This document shows, in pieces, positions 61,015-64,000 of a DNA stretch of 64,000 nucleotides. Below the pieces are notes generated by a model that saw nothing but the letters and a program-made list of their open reading frames with translations, made no database searches and was not told the DNA's origin. The translations under genes were made by a program, and so were the position numbers. This stretch comes from Pelomyxa schiedti (lineage: Eukaryota > Protista > Evosea), in contig JAHLWZ010000835.1 in NCBI GenBank assembly GCA_020536535.1, positions 25,562 through 89,561 on the forward strand, read 5' to 3'. Positions within the stretch are counted from its first letter, which is position 1, and each line of letters begins with the position of its first letter.

Positions 61015-61559
61015 AGAGTCACTAAAAGTCTAAATATCTAAGTTTAATCTCTAAGTTCTGTTTCCTTCAGTGGGAAAGGAAGGTAGGAAACTGCACCAAA
61101 GGAGAACAAAGAGGCACAAAGGATTTTATTCATCTTGGAATGGATGGATACATTTGGGTGTAGGTTATTGTGTATTTGTATATTCTTATAGAAATGAAGT
61201 GACTCAGTGTGTGTTTATAAAGGATTCCAAAGTCAAGGGAAAGGTCTTGGGTATCTCGATGATCTTTCTGTGAACTTGATTTCCGAACTTGGTAAGTGAT
61301 GACTCAGCCTCCGAGTCTCCAGTCTCGAGTCTTGCGAGTGCGCCTTGCGCACAGTTTGCCTGTGTGTTCGCAGAATCACACAGTTCTAAGCTGGTTCCAG
61401 ATGCGCAAAAAAGGTCTATTTTTAGTGGTAAAGGAACTCTTCGTAGTGGCTGGTTGTGTGGCAGTTCCAGAGGGTGCCAAAGCCAGAGGGAAAAGAAATT
61501 AAGATTATTTGTTTGGTTTGAGGTTGGTTTTTGCTACAATTGGGGGTAAGCCCACACAA

Positions 61560-63290
61560 CTGGGCATTTATTAAATTTACTTACTGCATGAAGCCTTTAA
61601 GGTGGATTGTATTCAAATCTTGGGTGAATGATGGTGGTTGTTTGGAATTTGGCCTGGGTTGGTAAACCCAGTGCCCCACAGACTTCCACACGCGCTAGTT
61701 CCCGCGGGAGTGTTGAGGTGTGGAAATTATTAGCCCTATGATGGTTTTGGCTGCAGATTCGGCTGAGTCTGGGGAGTTGGGAATTATGTTGAGGGTCTTC
61801 ATTGGGTTCAGTTTCAGTTCTTGCCGGAGTTCCGAATTATGTTGGCACCTGTTAAGGATGTGTTTTACTGTCTCCGGTGAATCACATCCATGCCGGCAAG
61901 TCAGAGTGACTTTGCATACATGGGCCATGTGTTTGTTAAGGGGTTTCATGTTGGTTACAACCAAGAGGGCTTGGTCCCAGATTGAGGGGGGATGCCTGGG
62001 GTGTGGAAGTCCCTTATTAAGTCTTGCCAGTGGTTGCAAAGGCTTAATTGGGTGCTTTTTGCATATGCTCCTATAGATGTCTGTGGGAGAAGATAGGTGG
62101 CATGGGAGATGCTTATTCAGAGTTTCTATCTCCCAGACCGGGGTTGTGTCATCTTTGATGAGAGGATTATGCTGGTTGGGGTTCTGATATCCTGAGATGG
62201 CCACTGCAACATTCCACCACTGTGTATCCAGCAGGGGTGTTGCCAAGCCTCCTTGTTTCTTGAGGGCCGTCAAGTGTTCCTCACTCCATCCAACTGCAAG
62301 TGTAAATTTTTGGTCATGTATGGATGCCAGACTTGACTTGGAGAGAAAATTTCAAAACGGCATTGGTATTGAAGGATGGAGTGGATGTAAATGTTGGTGG
62401 CCAAGGACTTTGGGTAGAATGTCTTGAGCCCTTCTCTGGGTCTTGTTGATCATTGGTTCAATTCTTTCTAGAGCGGAGATGTGGCCAATAAGGATGCCAA
62501 GGTATTTGTACTTTGTTACTGTCTGTACTGGCCACGCAGTTGATGTTATCTTTAGCCTGTGGGGGGTGGGCTGCCAGGACTTCTGTATTCTTGTAGTTCA
62601 GAGCAGCTCCTGTAGCCTGACAGTATAAATTGAAGATTGGAGCTCCTGTGTCCAGGTCCTCTAGATTCTTCCAAATAGTGCAGATGTCATCTTTGGTTTA
62701 GCTGGGGAGTCATGGAGTTTCATGAGAAAAGTGTCTATCACAACGTTGAAGAGGAGCAGAGAGAGGGGCCATCCTTGCCAGACTCCTCAACCTTATCCCT
62801 GAGGGTAGGTATGCTTCAGTGTTCTGCATTAGATGTGAAATTATGGTGGTCCATGTTTGGAGCTCTGCTTCTAGGCCCAATATCCTCAAATGAAGAAGCC
62901 CAGAAAGCAAACTCAGCCCAATCCCCCATCTCACAGAAACAGACAGTGAAGCAGCTATTCTATCCTGCAAAACAAGATCGGCCCCTGGCCCAGATGGGGT
63001 GACCTTTGTGGCATGGAAAGCACTCCCAAACTCTCAGCATCGATTCTGTGCAACATGTTCTATTGGCTATCGGAACACCCTGCCCCAGATCACCTCTCAT
63101 GGTCCTAGAATCTTTTGTGATTTCATCTTTCCTCTTTGAGTTGCATGCAGGTAAGGTTGTTGGTAAGAGGGTCCAGCATTTGAGGATATAGAGTACTTTT
63201 GGTTGGTATCTTTCAATAATCCTCAGAGGAAACTTTTGGTTGGTATCTTTCAATAATCCTCAGAGGAACTTTGTCTGGAGATCAATTTCG
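61560..63290 (-). mobile_element. Degenerate non-LTR retrotransposon (L1/Tx1-like), RT + C-terminal zinc knuckle, copy A
   Basis: GVWQGWPLSLLLFNVVIDTFLMKLH (62712-62788), KDDICT (decayed YADD), YCQATGAALNYKNT, KYKYLGILIG and CRHGCDSPETVKHILNRC; stops and frameshifts; AATAAA at 61567-61572. Confidence 0.8.
63195..63268. repeat. Two tandem copies of a 37-bp unit
   Basis: ACTTTTGGTTGGTATCTTTCAATAATCCTCAGAGGAA x2. Confidence 0.92.
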
Positions 63291-63299
63291 CTGGTTGGG

Positions 63300-64000
63300 T
63301 ATACTGGTGTTTATTTAATCATCTTTGATCCTGCCTGACGCCTTTAAGGTGGATTGTAGTGAATCTTGGGTGGATGATGGTGGTTGTTTGGTAAACCCAG
63401 TGCCCTGCAGACTTCCACATGAGTTAGTTCTGGTGGGAGTGAAAATTAGATGTGTTTTACTGTCTCTGGTGAATCGCATCCATGCCAGCAACCAGAGGGG
63501 AGGGATTCCTGTATCCTGAGATGGCCACTGCAACATTCTGCCACTGTGTATCCAGCAGGGGTGTTGCCAAGCCTCTTGTTTCTTGAGGGCCGTCAAGTGT
63601 TCCAGTGATGTGCAGTTGGATGGAGTGAGGAAGTGTAAAATTTTGGTCATGTATGGATGCCAGACTTTACTTGGAGGGAAGATTTCAAAATGGATGTAAA
63701 TGTTGGTGGCTACTATTCTCGTTGGTAGAGCCCTTATCTGGGCCTTACTGATCATTGGTCCAATTTTTTCTAGTGGGAAGTGTATCCCTGGGTATGCTTT
63801 GGTGTTCTGCATTAGATGTGTGATCATGGTGGTCCATGTTTGGGGCATTCCTAAATGCTCCAAAATGAGACTACTACTAGGGAGTGGTCAGAGGTGCTGG
63901 ATTCCCATTTAGTCTGAGAACTAGTGTCTCTGAGAGTTGTAACAGCTGCATGGTGGAGTGCATAGTATAGCAGGTTTCATTCTGGATGTGTGTTGGGGAT
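63300..64000 (-). mobile_element. Internally deleted second copy (B) of the same non-LTR element; runs off the window
   Basis: Collinear blocks homologous to 61590-61700, 61860-61900, 62185-62280, 62300-62400, 62445-62475 and 62808-62860; AATAAA at 63310-63315. Confidence 0.8.

Noticed and set aside
59918-64000. CRISPR array or intact LTR retrotransposon
   Set aside because: Repeats occur only twice without regular spacers, and no gag/protease/integrase/RNase H ORF or TG...CA termini lie between the direct repeats.

Overview
This is a eukaryotic window from a compact, intron-dense protist genome. Short GT-AG introns of roughly 40-90 nt occur every 100-300 bp and intergenic gaps are often under 300 bp. 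Gene content and style suggest an amoebozoan, possibly an archamoeba such as Pelomyxa; this is inference only. About 21 genes fill 1-57.3 kb, and I spliced them by eye, so exon boundaries are approximate. In order they are: a giant DUF3638/DUF3645 protein (5'-partial), a RING-H2 E3, a PAC2-family proteasome chaperone, UVSSA, two RRM-like+CXC proteins flanking a kinase-less PI3K pseudogene, an ABHD17-like/SAM protein, a GH78 alpha-L-rhamnosidase, a pseudokinase-Sel1 protein, two tandem EF-hand sensors, an MFS sugar porter, an LRR dual-specificity phosphatase, CARNMT1, an OTU deubiquitinase, a WWE/F-box/Hint protein, a membrane protein, a patatin lipase and a large ARM/HEAT protein. The last ~6.7 kb is rearranged and repeat-rich, with hairpins, direct repeats and two decayed L1-like retrotransposon copies. 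The most unusual items are (1) an intact spliced gene fusing WWE + F-box + a C-terminal Hint (Vint-type) autoprocessing domain, (2) an AZUL + EF-hand + 2xNZF module on the DUF3638 helicase-like protein, (3) the RRM-CXC pair, (4) an ABHD17-like fold whose nucleophile Ser is replaced by Gly, fused to SAM, and (5) an archaeal-looking PAC2 protein ending in HbYX. No database search was run; domain calls are from motif recognition.
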